64,000 bases of DNA from an uncultured Eubacteriales bacterium (GTDB lineage: Bacteria; Acidobacteriota; Aminicenantia; Aminicenantales; Saccharicenantaceae), in contig CAYREO010000016.1 of assembly GCA_964423315.1 (NCBI GenBank), positions 1,513 through 65,512 on the forward strand, read 5' to 3'. The notes beneath the pieces were generated by a model. The model was not told the origin of the DNA, made no database searches, and saw only the letters and a program-made list of their open reading frames with translations. Shown piece after piece: positions 46,709-56,800 of the stretch. The first letter of the stretch is position 1, and each line of letters opens with the position of its first letter. The translations under genes were made by a program, and so were the position numbers.

Positions 46709-48478
46709 ATGAAGAAAGGCCTAATCGCCTTGGGAAGCCTGGCTGCCTTGTTGCTGGTGGGGGGCGCCTGTGCGCCGAAGCCGGCCCTGGGCCTGGCGGA
46801 GACCGGGATCGCTCCCCCGGTCCCTGCTGTCCCTTATTATCACATCCGGGCCGCAGTGCGGCTGGAGGACCCGGGGCCGTTCGAGGTCAAGAACGTCGCC
46901 GTCAACGGCCGCCCGTCCCACCATTACGAGATCCGGGAGCTCGGCGGACGCCCCCTGGCCGAGGCCGAGCCCTATCTCTTCACCTGGCCCCTGTTCGCCG
47001 CTGAGCAGATCAAGAAGTTCCCGTTCCGCGACCCTTGGATCTTTGTTCGCCTGGATTGGCGCAACGGGGAGGTCTACGAACTGGAAGTCGAGATCCAGCG
47101 CGAGGGGGCCAGTTCGCCTATGACCCTGAGGGCCATGGCCCGCGCCCCGGAAAAAGGCGGATACTGGGACGAGCGCTGGAAATATTATAAGAGCATCGTC
47201 GTCAGTGAGGCGTTCGGCCTGGACCGGACCGACGAGCCCGTCGAGTTCTCGATGATCGTCTATCCCGACCAGATCACGGACCTCGCCAGGGAGCTGAGGC
47301 TGGTCCGGCTGGACGAGGACGGACGGGCGACCCTGATCCCGTCGCAGGTCTACGGCCAGCGCTCCCACCTGAGCGAGGATCCCGAAAGAGTCGGAGCGGA
47401 CGGCCTTGTTCGGCCGGCATACTGGCTTCCCTCGGTCTACGCCAAGGTCGTCGCTCCCATAAGCGTCAAAGCCAACCGCAGCGCTGTGCTGCTCGCCTTC
47501 TATGGGAATCCCGATGCGGAGGCCCAGGAGGCCGATGGGGCCCTGCGCGTTTCCGGCGAGGGGCTGGGCCTGACCGTGGAGAACGGAATCTACTCCGTCA
47601 AGCTCCACCCCCAATCGGGGATGCTGGACGAGATCCGGATCCACGCCCACCCCGAGGTCACCCTCCTTCACAAGCTCGAGACTAACGGGGCCATCCACTG
47701 GAATCCCGATGCGTACTCCCCTCCGCGGCCGTGGATGCACGCTTCGGATTGGGACCCTCCCGAGACAGCCTCAAAGATCATGGGGCCCGTGATGTTCGCG
47801 TTGCATCGCAAGGGAATGATGCCGGGGATGCCCGAGATCGCCCTCAGCATCACCTATAAGTTCTTCGCCCACAGCCCTTATTTCCTTATGACCAGCAATA
47901 TGGAAATCCTCGAGGATGTCCCCCTGCAGGCCCTCAGGAACGCGGAGATCGTCCTCGACCATAAGCTGATCGACAGCGCGGCCTGGCTGGATCCGGCGGC
48001 CGCCCGGCCTCATGAGATCACTCTGGACAGCGTCCCCCTGCTCACCGAAACCCACATGCCTCTCGACACCCGGTGGATGGCATTCTACCACGCCGGCACG
48101 CGGATCGCCTTCGGCGGCATCCCCTTGGAAGCCGGTGAAGCAGGCATGGACATCGAGCCCCTGACCTACAATCCCAACCTCTATTTCATCCGGGGCCCCT
48201 GGGTCTATTGGACAAGAGTGATCGCCGCCCCTTATCTCACCCACAACATCCAGCAGATCGTCCCTGTGCCCGCCGGCAACTCCTATTGGGAGAAATGGGC
48301 CTATCTGCCGTTCGTCATCTCCGCCGGGCCGGACCGCTTCCGGGCGCTTTCGGATCTCGAGGAACGCCTGGCCAAGCCCCTGCGGATCTCCGTTGTGGAC
48401 GAAAAGGACCCTAGGGTCCGGATCCCCGACGAGATATATACGGATCCGACCAAGACCGGATGGGAGGAAAGAAAGTAG
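46709..48478 (+). CDS. Lipoprotein of unknown function (589 aa)
   Basis: Lipoprotein signal MKKGLIALGSLAALLLVGGAC. GGAGG RBS. No recognisable domain. Confidence 0.55.
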   Translation: MKKGLIALGSLAALLLVGGACAPKPALGLAETGIAPPVPAVPYYHIRAAVRLEDPGPFEVKNVAVNGRPSHHYEIRELGGRPLAEAEPYLFTWPLFAAEQIKKFPFRDPWIFVRLDWRNGEVYELEVEIQREGASSPMTLRAMARAPEKGGYWDERWKYYKSIVVSEAFGLDRTDEPVEFSMIVYPDQITDLARELRLVRLDEDGRATLIPSQVYGQRSHLSEDPERVGADGLVRPAYWLPSVYAKVVAPISVKANRSAVLLAFYGNPDAEAQEADGALRVSGEGLGLTVENGIYSVKLHPQSGMLDEIRIHAHPEVTLLHKLETNGAIHWNPDAYSPPRPWMHASDWDPPETASKIMGPVMFALHRKGMMPGMPEIALSITYKFFAHSPYFLMTSNMEILEDVPLQALRNAEIVLDHKLIDSAAWLDPAAARPHEITLDSVPLLTETHMPLDTRWMAFYHAGTRIAFGGIPLEAGEAGMDIEPLTYNPNLYFIRGPWVYWTRVIAAPYLTHNIQQIVPVPAGNSYWEKWAYLPFVISAGPDRFRALSDLEERLAKPLRISVVDEKDPRVRIPDEIYTDPTKTGWEERK

Positions 48479-48502
48479 CAGTTCCCGGACGGCGGGCCCG
48501 AC

Positions 48503-50599
48503 TCAGAGGGCCTCGGGTGGTCTTTTTCGGGCCGTGATCTCCGCGACGAGATTCTTGACCTGCTCCTGGTCCGGGTCGAGCCGAAGCGAGGCCCGAAGCG
48601 CCTGGAGAGCCATCTCCGTCTTCCCCAGCTTGTCCAAGGTATAACCCAAGGCGTTCAGCAATCCGACATCGCTGTCGTAGATCCGGTTCCCGGCGAGGAG
48701 CGCCTCCGACGCTTCGGCGTACATCGCTTTGCCAAGATAGGCCTTTCCGCGCAAAAGGTGGTACTCGAAGGCCATGTCCTGGCGGCCGTTCAGCGGCTCG
48801 ACCGCGGCCAGCGCTCGGTCGTACTCCCCGGTTTTCAATAAGAATCGGGCATAGGGGACCGCGCTTTCGGGATCGCCGGCCCCGGCCTCAAAGGCTTTTC
48901 GGTACAGAGATCCGGCCCGATCGACGTCCCCCAGCACTTCGTATTGGGAAGCGAGGGCGACAAGGAGGAGATAGCCCGAGTTCTGAGCCAGCGTTCGGGA
49001 GATCACCCGGGGGCGCGCCAAGGCGCTCTTGGGAGAGACCGTGAAGGGCACGACACGCAGGTCGATGGCTTGGCCGTCGGGGCCGATAAGTTTGACGGCC
49101 ATCTCATAATAATCCGGGGGGACGTCCGAGGCCAAAAAAGTGGTCTCGAAGATGAGGACGTCCTCGAAAACCCGCTCGTTAAGCGAGTGCCTCACGGACC
49201 GGGTGTAGGCCTCCTTTTCTCGCAGCCCCCTGATCCCGATCTCCACAGCGCCCTGTTCCCAGAGATCACGCCCGATCCCTGTCACCCCTGTCAGGACGAC
49301 GATCGTGTCGCGGGCGGCGAAGAGGTCTGCAGGATCGGGAAAGATCCTCTGGGAGCGGACCTTGAAAGCCGTGATCACGTCCCGGGCATCCTGCTCGAAG
49401 CGGTAGCCGAGAAGCGGACCGGTGATCCGCGGAGGACCTGCGGCCGGGATCGAGATATCCCGCTCGAGCACCGCGAACTCCTTGCCCACCGAGTTCTTGT
49501 AGAGGATGGTCAAACGGAAATCCCCCTCGGCCGCGGGGAAGGCATCCTGGAGACAAACTCCGCTGCCGGTCACGCCCTTGACCTCCTCCTCGGGGAAATA
49601 CAGCGGGAACTCCTTGGAGTACTGATGGACGAGGGTGTCCCCGCGCCTCAGGCTGACGTCCAGTTCGAAGTTGGTGAAATACTGGTCGTTAGCTTGGAAA
49701 TAGTCGACGGAGATGCTGGCCGGTTTGACCATGAAGTGGACGAACGGCTGCCCCAGCGTCGGATCATGAAAAATGACGACCTTGGCCTCGCATTCCACGA
49801 AGTTCGTCAGATACTCCATGCTAACGACGCCCTTGTAGTTCAGGAAATGGGTCGCGTAGCTCGTTCGAATGTCTTTTTTCGGGGCTAAGGCGATGTTGGC
49901 GAGGATCATGCTGGCCTGCATGGACGGCTGGAAGGTGTACGGTACGGTCCCCGGAATGAGAGACAGTGTCAAGGGCGCCAGGTCCGGCGCTTCCGCATGG
50001 ATCCGCGCGTAGACCTCCCGGACCTCCGTGAGGTCTCTGGGCGATGGGTCCTCGAGCAGGGCCGCCGGGCCGTCCGATACCGGGTCGTAGAGGCGGAATG
50101 GGCCCGCTTGGCCTTTCCGGAAGAAGATCAGCCCGAAATGGGTGGGAAGGCTTTTTGCGGGGTCGCCGTAGTAATACCAGACCTCGCAATCGAGGAGGCC
50201 GCTGGTGCCGAAGAAATCTTCCTTGGAATGAGGGGGCCCGAGGATGATATAGATCCGGCCCTGGTCGGTCGTCCATCCGGGGCGGGATGTCCCCCGGGCC
50301 AGATGGGCGTTGGCATAGTTGAAGCGCCTGATATGCTCGTCCTTGAATTCATTCTGCGGAGTTCCGGGAGTCGGGTCCCGCTGATTCCAAAAGGAGATGA
50401 TGAAGATCTCGCGGTCCCGGTCGTCGGCCAGCTGACGGAAGACCTTTTCCTCCTCGGGAAGAATGATGTAGGCCACCAGATCGAGCCATTCCCGGTGCTG
50501 GACCGACAACTCCCTCGCCGTATTCGGCACCTGCCCATAGAGAGAAACGACCGCCACGAAAACGGTAACGAGTCGTGTGCAGGATCCGCTCATCCTCAT
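48503..50599 (-). CDS. GWxTD-domain protein with C-terminal TPR repeats
   Basis: RPGWTTDQGRIYIILGPP matches the GWxTD domain signature. The C-terminal third has TPR-like repeats (YRKAFEAGAGDPESAVPYARFLLKTGEYDRA, LLRGKAYLGKAMYAEASEAL). Confidence 0.6.
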   Translation of the reverse strand: MRMSGSCTRLVTVFVAVVSLYGQVPNTARELSVQHREWLDLVAYIILPEEEKVFRQLADDRDREIFIISFWNQRDPTPGTPQNEFKDEHIRRFNYANAHLARGTSRPGWTTDQGRIYIILGPPHSKEDFFGTSGLLDCEVWYYYGDPAKSLPTHFGLIFFRKGQAGPFRLYDPVSDGPAALLEDPSPRDLTEVREVYARIHAEAPDLAPLTLSLIPGTVPYTFQPSMQASMILANIALAPKKDIRTSYATHFLNYKGVVSMEYLTNFVECEAKVVIFHDPTLGQPFVHFMVKPASISVDYFQANDQYFTNFELDVSLRRGDTLVHQYSKEFPLYFPEEEVKGVTGSGVCLQDAFPAAEGDFRLTILYKNSVGKEFAVLERDISIPAAGPPRITGPLLGYRFEQDARDVITAFKVRSQRIFPDPADLFAARDTIVVLTGVTGIGRDLWEQGAVEIGIRGLREKEAYTRSVRHSLNERVFEDVLIFETTFLASDVPPDYYEMAVKLIGPDGQAIDLRVVPFTVSPKSALARPRVISRTLAQNSGYLLLVALASQYEVLGDVDRAGSLYRKAFEAGAGDPESAVPYARFLLKTGEYDRALAAVEPLNGRQDMAFEYHLLRGKAYLGKAMYAEASEALLAGNRIYDSDVGLLNALGYTLDKLGKTEMALQALRASLRLDPDQEQVKNLVAEITARKRPPEAL

Positions 50600-51960
50600 G
50601 ATCCACCTTCCCCTCCGGCTTTTTGGCAGTCGAGCATCCTCCGAAAAGTTTCGATGATCTTACGGGCTGCCCCCTCCTCGAGAAGGCTGCTCACTCCGGG
50701 GCGGCTCTCATACCCTCCCCGTGCCAATGCCTCTTCCGTCGGGATGTAGCCGAAGTACCCGTTGGCCAAGGCCACGGGGAGGATCATATCGTATCCTCCG
50801 ATCCTCATGATCTCCAGGCCGATCTCTACAAACGGCTCTCCCGGAACGGCGGCGAACGCGATCTCCCCCATGGCAAAAGCTTGGAGAGGGAGGCGATAAA
50901 CGCCGGGGCCTGTCTCAAGGAAAAGCAGCAGGCTCTCGGCAAACAGCCTTTCCAAATGGGGGTCTCCCCGGTTCAAGTCCTCTGAGGTCAGGTTGGCCGG
51001 GGCGGTCCCGGTTCTCGCCCCCTCCCGCCGCTCGACGAGCGCCCGGGCTTTCTCGATCAGGGATGCCTCAACCCGGCGGGGCCGAAGTTCGAGCAAGGCC
51101 AGGCTGGCATCAAGGCGGTCCACGCGGGCGGGCTTCATAGCCGACCGGAGACCGGCCACGACAACGGCATAGGCCTCGCCAAGGCGCCGAGCCTCCTCGT
51201 AGGACGACTGGCCCCTGGCGTCCTCGAAGTTGAAGTGATTGATGTTGCCCTGGGGGGCGATGAACGGGAAGACGGGGACATCCCGGCCCCACAAGGAGAC
51301 AATCTCCCGCTCCATGAAACCGGGCCAGTCGGCGGAGACGAAGTTCTCTCCTATGGTGTCAGTATGGTTCGACGCATTGACGAACAGGGCGGCGTCGGCG
51401 CCCGTCCCGTCACGGATGGCCACGACCCGGACCTGGGGGTCGACAGGGCCCTCGGGGCGGACCCGAGACGGGTGCCGCTTCGGAGGGTTCGTGACGACGG
51501 AGCCGTCCTCGAGGAACCATCGGCGGTTGAAGGATAGCCCCACGGCCTGCGCCCGCCCGACGGCGACCTCGACAGGCAAGTCGGGGAGGAGGGAGGCCGC
51601 CGCCCCGATGAGCTTTTCCTTCAAGGAACTGAGATATACGGTCTCCCGTGGAAGCCCGAAGAGACCGACCACGTCAGGCCCTGTATGAATATGAGAGGTA
51701 TGGATCATGATGGATGGGCCGGGGTATCCCGTCCGGCTCGAGATTTTGTTCCGGATTTCCTCGACGTCTTCCGACAGAAGCGCGAGGGTATCGACCTGGA
51801 CGAAAACCAGAACACTCCCATCTCTTTCAAACACCGCAATACGGGCGAACAGGGGGTCCATCACCCGCTCCGCCGATCGGAAGTTGAAATATCCGGCCAA
51901 CGATACGGGCACATCCGGGGTGATATCAACTTTGGCGAAACCCGCTCTCAGTCGACCCAT
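50596..51960 (-). CDS. Neutral/alkaline ceramidase-like N-terminal-domain hydrolase (no signal peptide)
   Basis: N-terminus GRLRAGFAKVDITPDVPVSLAGYFNFRSAERVMDPLFARIAVFE parallels the neutral ceramidase N-domain (GvakvDITgP...GY...rLyARAfv). HTSHIHTGPD is a metal-site-like block. Stop overlaps the start of the next gene. Confidence 0.6.
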   Translation of the reverse strand: MGRLRAGFAKVDITPDVPVSLAGYFNFRSAERVMDPLFARIAVFERDGSVLVFVQVDTLALLSEDVEEIRNKISSRTGYPGPSIMIHTSHIHTGPDVVGLFGLPRETVYLSSLKEKLIGAAASLLPDLPVEVAVGRAQAVGLSFNRRWFLEDGSVVTNPPKRHPSRVRPEGPVDPQVRVVAIRDGTGADAALFVNASNHTDTIGENFVSADWPGFMEREIVSLWGRDVPVFPFIAPQGNINHFNFEDARGQSSYEEARRLGEAYAVVVAGLRSAMKPARVDRLDASLALLELRPRRVEASLIEKARALVERREGARTGTAPANLTSEDLNRGDPHLERLFAESLLLFLETGPGVYRLPLQAFAMGEIAFAAVPGEPFVEIGLEIMRIGGYDMILPVALANGYFGYIPTEEALARGGYESRPGVSSLLEEGAARKIIETFRRMLDCQKAGGEGGS

Positions 51961-52074
51961 GACGCATTCCCTCGATGCTCAACGGCTCCGACAATGAGGC
52001 CTGCTCTTCATAATCTATTGTAGACGTCCCTCATCCCCGGGTCCAGTCTAAGTACAACAATTGTTTTTCTCTAT

Positions 52075-52096
52075 AAAATATGATATATGATATCAA
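52075..52096 (+). promoter_or_regulatory. AT-rich direct-repeat motif AAATATGATATATGATATCAAG immediately upstream of PfkB operon start (candidate -10/operator)
   Basis: Two TATGAT hexamers (52079-52084 and 52086-52091) lie 12-19 nt upstream of the ATG at 52103. Same heptamer ATATGAT as in the other divergent intergenic regions. Confidence 0.35.
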
Positions 52097-52102
52097 GCGC
52101 TA

Positions 52103-53044
52103 ATGCAAAGTCGCATCATAGTCATCGGCGAATCCCTTCTCGATATCCTCTTCCGCGACGGACAGCCTTTGAGCGCGACGCCCGGCGGCTCCATGCTCAA
52201 TGTATCCCTAAGCTTGGGTCGTCTCGGCCTCCGCGTGACATTCGTCACTGAGCTCGGCGAGGACCAGCCCGGGGACATCATCCGGCGAGCCCTTGCGGAC
52301 AACGGCGTGGACACCAGTTTCGTGGGGACGCTTGTCCCGGGAAAGACGCCTGTGGCCCTGGCTTTTCTCGATGACAAGGGCGACGCATTTTATGACTTCT
52401 ACAAGCTATATCCTCCCGACCGGTTGAGCGGTCCCCTCCCCCGCCCGGCCCCCGGCGATATCCTGCTCTTCGGGTCCTTTTTTGCCGTTGACCCGGCCAT
52501 CCGGCCCGCCCTCATGCCATGGCTCCGATCGTTCCACGGGTTAGGGCTCAACGTCTATGATCCCAACATAAGGACCCGGAGCCTGGATTCGTCTTCCCGA
52601 CTCAAGGCCCTTTTCGAGGAGAACGCCGGGTTGTCCGATATCGTCAAGGGATCGGATGAGGATTTTATGACAGTTTACGGGACAGCCGACCCTGAACGCC
52701 TCTTCCCTCCCCTCAGGGAGAGAGGGTGCTTCGCCTTGATCGTTACACGCGGTCCGGATGACGTCCTCCTTGTGGGCGAGGGACTGAAGCTGTCAGTGCC
52801 CGTTCCGCCCCTGCGTCCCGTAAGCACCATCGGCGCCGGGGATGCCTTCAACGCCGGCCTTCTTTTCGGCTTGACCCGCCTCGGGATCGACCGCGAAAGG
52901 CTGCCCAGTCTGACCTCGCAGCTGTGGGCCGAGATCCTGGGGGCAGCGGTCGCTTTTTCCGCCGAGGTTTGCCTCAGCCGCGAAAATGCCATCGGCAGGG
53001 AATTCGCCGCGAAGATTGCCCAAGAGAGGGGAGCTGAGCAATGA
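52103..53044 (+). CDS. PfkB-family sugar kinase (fructokinase/ribokinase-like)
   Basis: IVIGESLLDIL ... PGGSMLNVSLSLGRLG N-terminal sugar-binding block. TIGAGDAFNAGLLFGL C-terminal PfkB signature. Confidence 0.8.
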   Translation: MQSRIIVIGESLLDILFRDGQPLSATPGGSMLNVSLSLGRLGLRVTFVTELGEDQPGDIIRRALADNGVDTSFVGTLVPGKTPVALAFLDDKGDAFYDFYKLYPPDRLSGPLPRPAPGDILLFGSFFAVDPAIRPALMPWLRSFHGLGLNVYDPNIRTRSLDSSSRLKALFEENAGLSDIVKGSDEDFMTVYGTADPERLFPPLRERGCFALIVTRGPDDVLLVGEGLKLSVPVPPLRPVSTIGAGDAFNAGLLFGLTRLGIDRERLPSLTSQLWAEILGAAVAFSAEVCLSRENAIGREFAAKIAQERGAEQ

Positions 53045-53811
53045 AAGTGTTCATCATGATCTCGCTGTTCCTGGTTTGTCTCGCGCCGGCTCCGGCCCGG
53101 GAGGAGAGCGGACCGGTCATTGTCCGAAAGGCCGCCGGACCGATCTTCATCGACGGGAACCTGGACGAACCGGATTGGCAGCGGGCCCGCCGCGTCGGGA
53201 CTTTCCTGGTTCATCCCACCCGGGAGCCCGAATCCGAGGATCTCACGGAAGCCTGGGTCCTTTGGGACGAGGTCAATCTCTACATAGCTTTTCGTTGCCA
53301 GGATCGGCACATCTCGGCCGAGCGGACGCAAAGGAACTCCGACGTCTCCCAGGACGACTGCGTGGAGGCCTTCCTATCGCCCTTTCCCGCAAGGCCCCGC
53401 GTCTATACCAACATCGAGATCAATGTTCTCGGCACCTATCTTTCCCGCATGATCCAGGACGAGCCGATCGAGGCGGTCCGCGGCGCGCCGGGGGTTGCCG
53501 ATCCGGAAAGCCTCAGGCCCCACTGGCACCCTCCGGGCCTCCAGATCGGTCGCTCCCACTCGGGCACGATCAACGACGACGCAGATACGGACGCCTGGTG
53601 GATCATCGAGTTCAGCCTTCCCTTCCGGGCCCTTCGCTATCTCGGGTTGACGGAACCTCCGAGGCCCGGGGATGAGTGGCGGTTCAATCTATTCCGGCTC
53701 GGGGGCCGGACCGACTCTTTCCGGCGCAACCTGTTCTATATCCCCGAAGGGAAGAGCAATCACTCCCCCGAGCACTTCGGCCGGCTCGTTTTTTCGGAGA
53801 CCACGTGGTGA
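53041..53811 (+). CDS. Secreted CBM9-like (DOMON-like carbohydrate-binding) domain protein
   Basis: Signal peptide MKVFIMISLFLVCLAPAPA. IFIDGNLDEPDWQRARRVGTF and WVLWDEVNLYIAFRCQD, DDCVEAFLSPFP resemble CBM9_1. ATGA overlap with the PfkB stop. Confidence 0.6.
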   Translation: MKVFIMISLFLVCLAPAPAREESGPVIVRKAAGPIFIDGNLDEPDWQRARRVGTFLVHPTREPESEDLTEAWVLWDEVNLYIAFRCQDRHISAERTQRNSDVSQDDCVEAFLSPFPARPRVYTNIEINVLGTYLSRMIQDEPIEAVRGAPGVADPESLRPHWHPPGLQIGRSHSGTINDDADTDAWWIIEFSLPFRALRYLGLTEPPRPGDEWRFNLFRLGGRTDSFRRNLFYIPEGKSNHSPEHFGRLVFSETTW

Positions 53812-53846
53812 GCCCGGCACGATCATCCCATTTGTTGGAGGTCACC

Positions 53847-56800
53847 TTGAAGAAAGCCATCGCAGTCGCAGGACTGATCCTCGCCTTGGCGGCGCTCGGA
53901 AAGACGGCCGAGGACCGTTGGGCCCTCGGTCAGACCCTGCACCTGTCCTTCGACACCGAGGCGGACATCCTGTCCGACTTCCTGTCGGAAGCCCACATGT
54001 TCCGCACCGCCCTTCCCGGCCAAGTCCTTCCCAACCCTCTACAAACCAGGCAGCTCGAGATCGTCCCAGGAAGGTTCGGAGGTGCCCTACGGGTCAAGGA
54101 CGGCTGGTCCAAGACCAAAGGAACGTCGAACGAATCGGGGGCCGACCTCGATCTGATCGTGGCTACCATCTGGGGGGACTGGCGGACCAAGCCCCATTAT
54201 TGGGGACTCGGAAAGTTCCGCGGGGACAGGGGCACGCTCGCTTTTTGGATCAAGGCCGACAAGCTCGTCGGCGAACCGCTTTATCCCCTCTTTATCCAGA
54301 CGGGCATCCACTGGGGGAGGAACGAGCGCGACGTCTTCAGGGTCGACGGCGATGCCGAGGGCCGGCTCACGACCTCCATCCGCGACATCTTCTATCAATA
54401 CCACGAAGTGAAGTCGGAAACGCCCGTTTGGCGCAACGGGGAGTGGCAGCATGTGGCCGTCGCCTACGATAGCGCCTTCGGCCTGAAGCTCTATCACAAC
54501 GGCCGGCTGGTGGCCTCGAACTGGGGCCAGGACGCCTGGTGGAAAGCGCCGCTTCCGGGCCTTTTCAGCCCCTTCCACCCGGAATCCCTTTACGACGAGA
54601 TCTACGCCTTCGAACGGGTCCTGACCGAAGACGAGATCCTCAGGCTCTTTGAGTCCAACCGGACTCCCGAAGCCCCCGAACCGCCACGGGTCCTTGATGC
54701 GCAGGCCCGCCGGCGACGGCTGGCCTCCTACGGACCCGTGGAGACCCTCGATCTCCCAACCTTCTCCGCGGGCGAGAGCACTCTGACCATGCACCAGACC
54801 AGGGTTGCCGAGTGCGCCGACGAAAAGATCCCGGCTTGGTGGGTCATGGACGGCCGCTACGAGCTGGCCTGGCCTCACCCCTACCTTCTCTTCACATTCA
54901 TCCTTGGCGATGTCGACTTTCACGGCACCAAGGTCGACATCGAGCTTGAGGAGGGGGAAACCGCCAATTTCATCTCCTTGGAGGGGAATCTGGATGGCGT
55001 CGAAGTCACGCCCGGGAAGACCGGGGCGGGAGGGCCGAGTCCCAAGCTCGTCGATCTCAACGGCTACACGTCCCACTTCTTCTCCCAGCGTCTGGACCTG
55101 GGAGGGTCGCGGCACCTCCACCTGCCCATGCTCAAGGGCTACGGGACCCCTCCCGGCCTGGTCGATCGGGGCACGCTCCGTTTCCCGTTGACGGGCGAAA
55201 TCCGCCTGCATGAGCTCCAGCTCTGGAACGCGGCGGTCACGGACACGGCTCCTCCGCCCGACTTCACCTGGGTCTGCCCTCTGGAGGACCGGCCCCGGGG
55301 ATTCGACATCCGCTATCTGGATGCCCTCTTCAAGCTGATGGGGCCCGACGACCGGACGATCCTCGTCGGCCGCGCCGGTCCGGGACTGTCCGATAGGCCT
55401 ATGCTGGACATCGAAGCCCTGAAGGCCATCCACCTTTTCAGCCCCGATCTCAACCCGGACTTGGCCGTCGATCGAGTCCGCCTGACCCTTTGGATCGTCC
55501 CCGAGGGCCCGTCCGATGTGCTCTGGGTCAGCCTGAGGGACCCGGCTAATCCCCATCGGCTGTGGGCTCACAGCGTCGTCCGGGTCCGGTTCTCCGAGCC
55601 CGGCAAGCCCCAGAGGATCGATCTCGATATCGACCCCGTGGACCTGATGCTGGCCAGCGAGGATCGGCTGTGGGTCGAACTGCGGTTCGCCGGGCGGCAG
55701 AGGATCGTGACCCGGGCCGACCAGGCCCCGAGGATGGGCGTCGTCCTCAGCAAGGACCGAAGCCGATCGCTGGCCGAGTACTCACGTCACGTGATGATCC
55801 CCGCCCGGATGCAGTACATCAAGGAATACAACTACCAACCGTGGCATTTCACGGGCGAGCAGCGGAACCGTCCGGAGATCGCCTTCAACGGAGGTTCGGT
55901 CCCTTCGGCGTTCAGCTTCATCTCGGGGCAAGTCCCCGGCCTCAACTACTGGTCGAACTTCGGGGGGCCTTACGACATGTGGTACCCGCCCGACGCCGTC
56001 TTGCGGCACGACCCCGACAACGAGATCGCCCGGATCTACCGGGCCATCACCGGCGAACGGGCCCAGACCTACGGAGGCTATAACATCCGGGGCTTCACTC
56101 CGGTCGAGAAGGTGCCGCTCGTCCCCGGTTCCCCGGCCCACGCGCCCGCTTGGGCCGTCTGGGAACGGGAGATGTATTCTCGGCAACTGAAGACGATCCA
56201 TTGGATCGCCGGCAGGCAACGCGCGGATGGCATGTTCTGGGGGGGCTCGAACGACGATGTCTTCATCCCGCTCGGATACTCCGCCGTCCCGCTCATGGGC
56301 GACGAGGTGTCCCGTCGGTCGTTCCTCCGCCTCTACGATGGACTCGAGGAGTTCGGCGTCTTCAAGGACGGATACTGCGACATCTGGCCGATCGATTACC
56401 TCCACATCACGGACTTCCTGACCAGCCGCGGGCTGATGGTCCCCTACGCGCTCGGCGATCCCCATGTCCTCGAGCGGGAGATGATCACGGCCCGCGTCTA
56501 CCAGGGCATCATGGATCGGAACAACGAAGATCGGGCCGAGGCGGGCCTGCCCCCCTACGAGCGCGATTCCGACGCCTTCCAGAAGGAGCCCAAGCTGTGG
56601 GGGGAAAGCCTGGTCCGCGATTACGAGACGACCCAAGTGGAGTGGTATTGGGGGCGAACGCCGGAGGCTGAGCCCCACATCCTCGGGGACCGCGAGGAGC
56701 TCGCCCGGCGGATGATGGCCATCGCCGTCCGCTACGACAAGATCGAGGAGTTCGAATGGACGGAGGCCCTGCGCCACACGGACCGCCAGGGCGGAGCGCC

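Noticed and set aside
53676-53846. Using the full open frame from 53676 as the start of the LamG giant
   Set aside because: That extension overlaps the upstream CBM9-like gene by 136 bp and encodes a non-secretory, Arg/Pro-rich leader. The TTG at 53847 with RBS gives a clean signal peptide.
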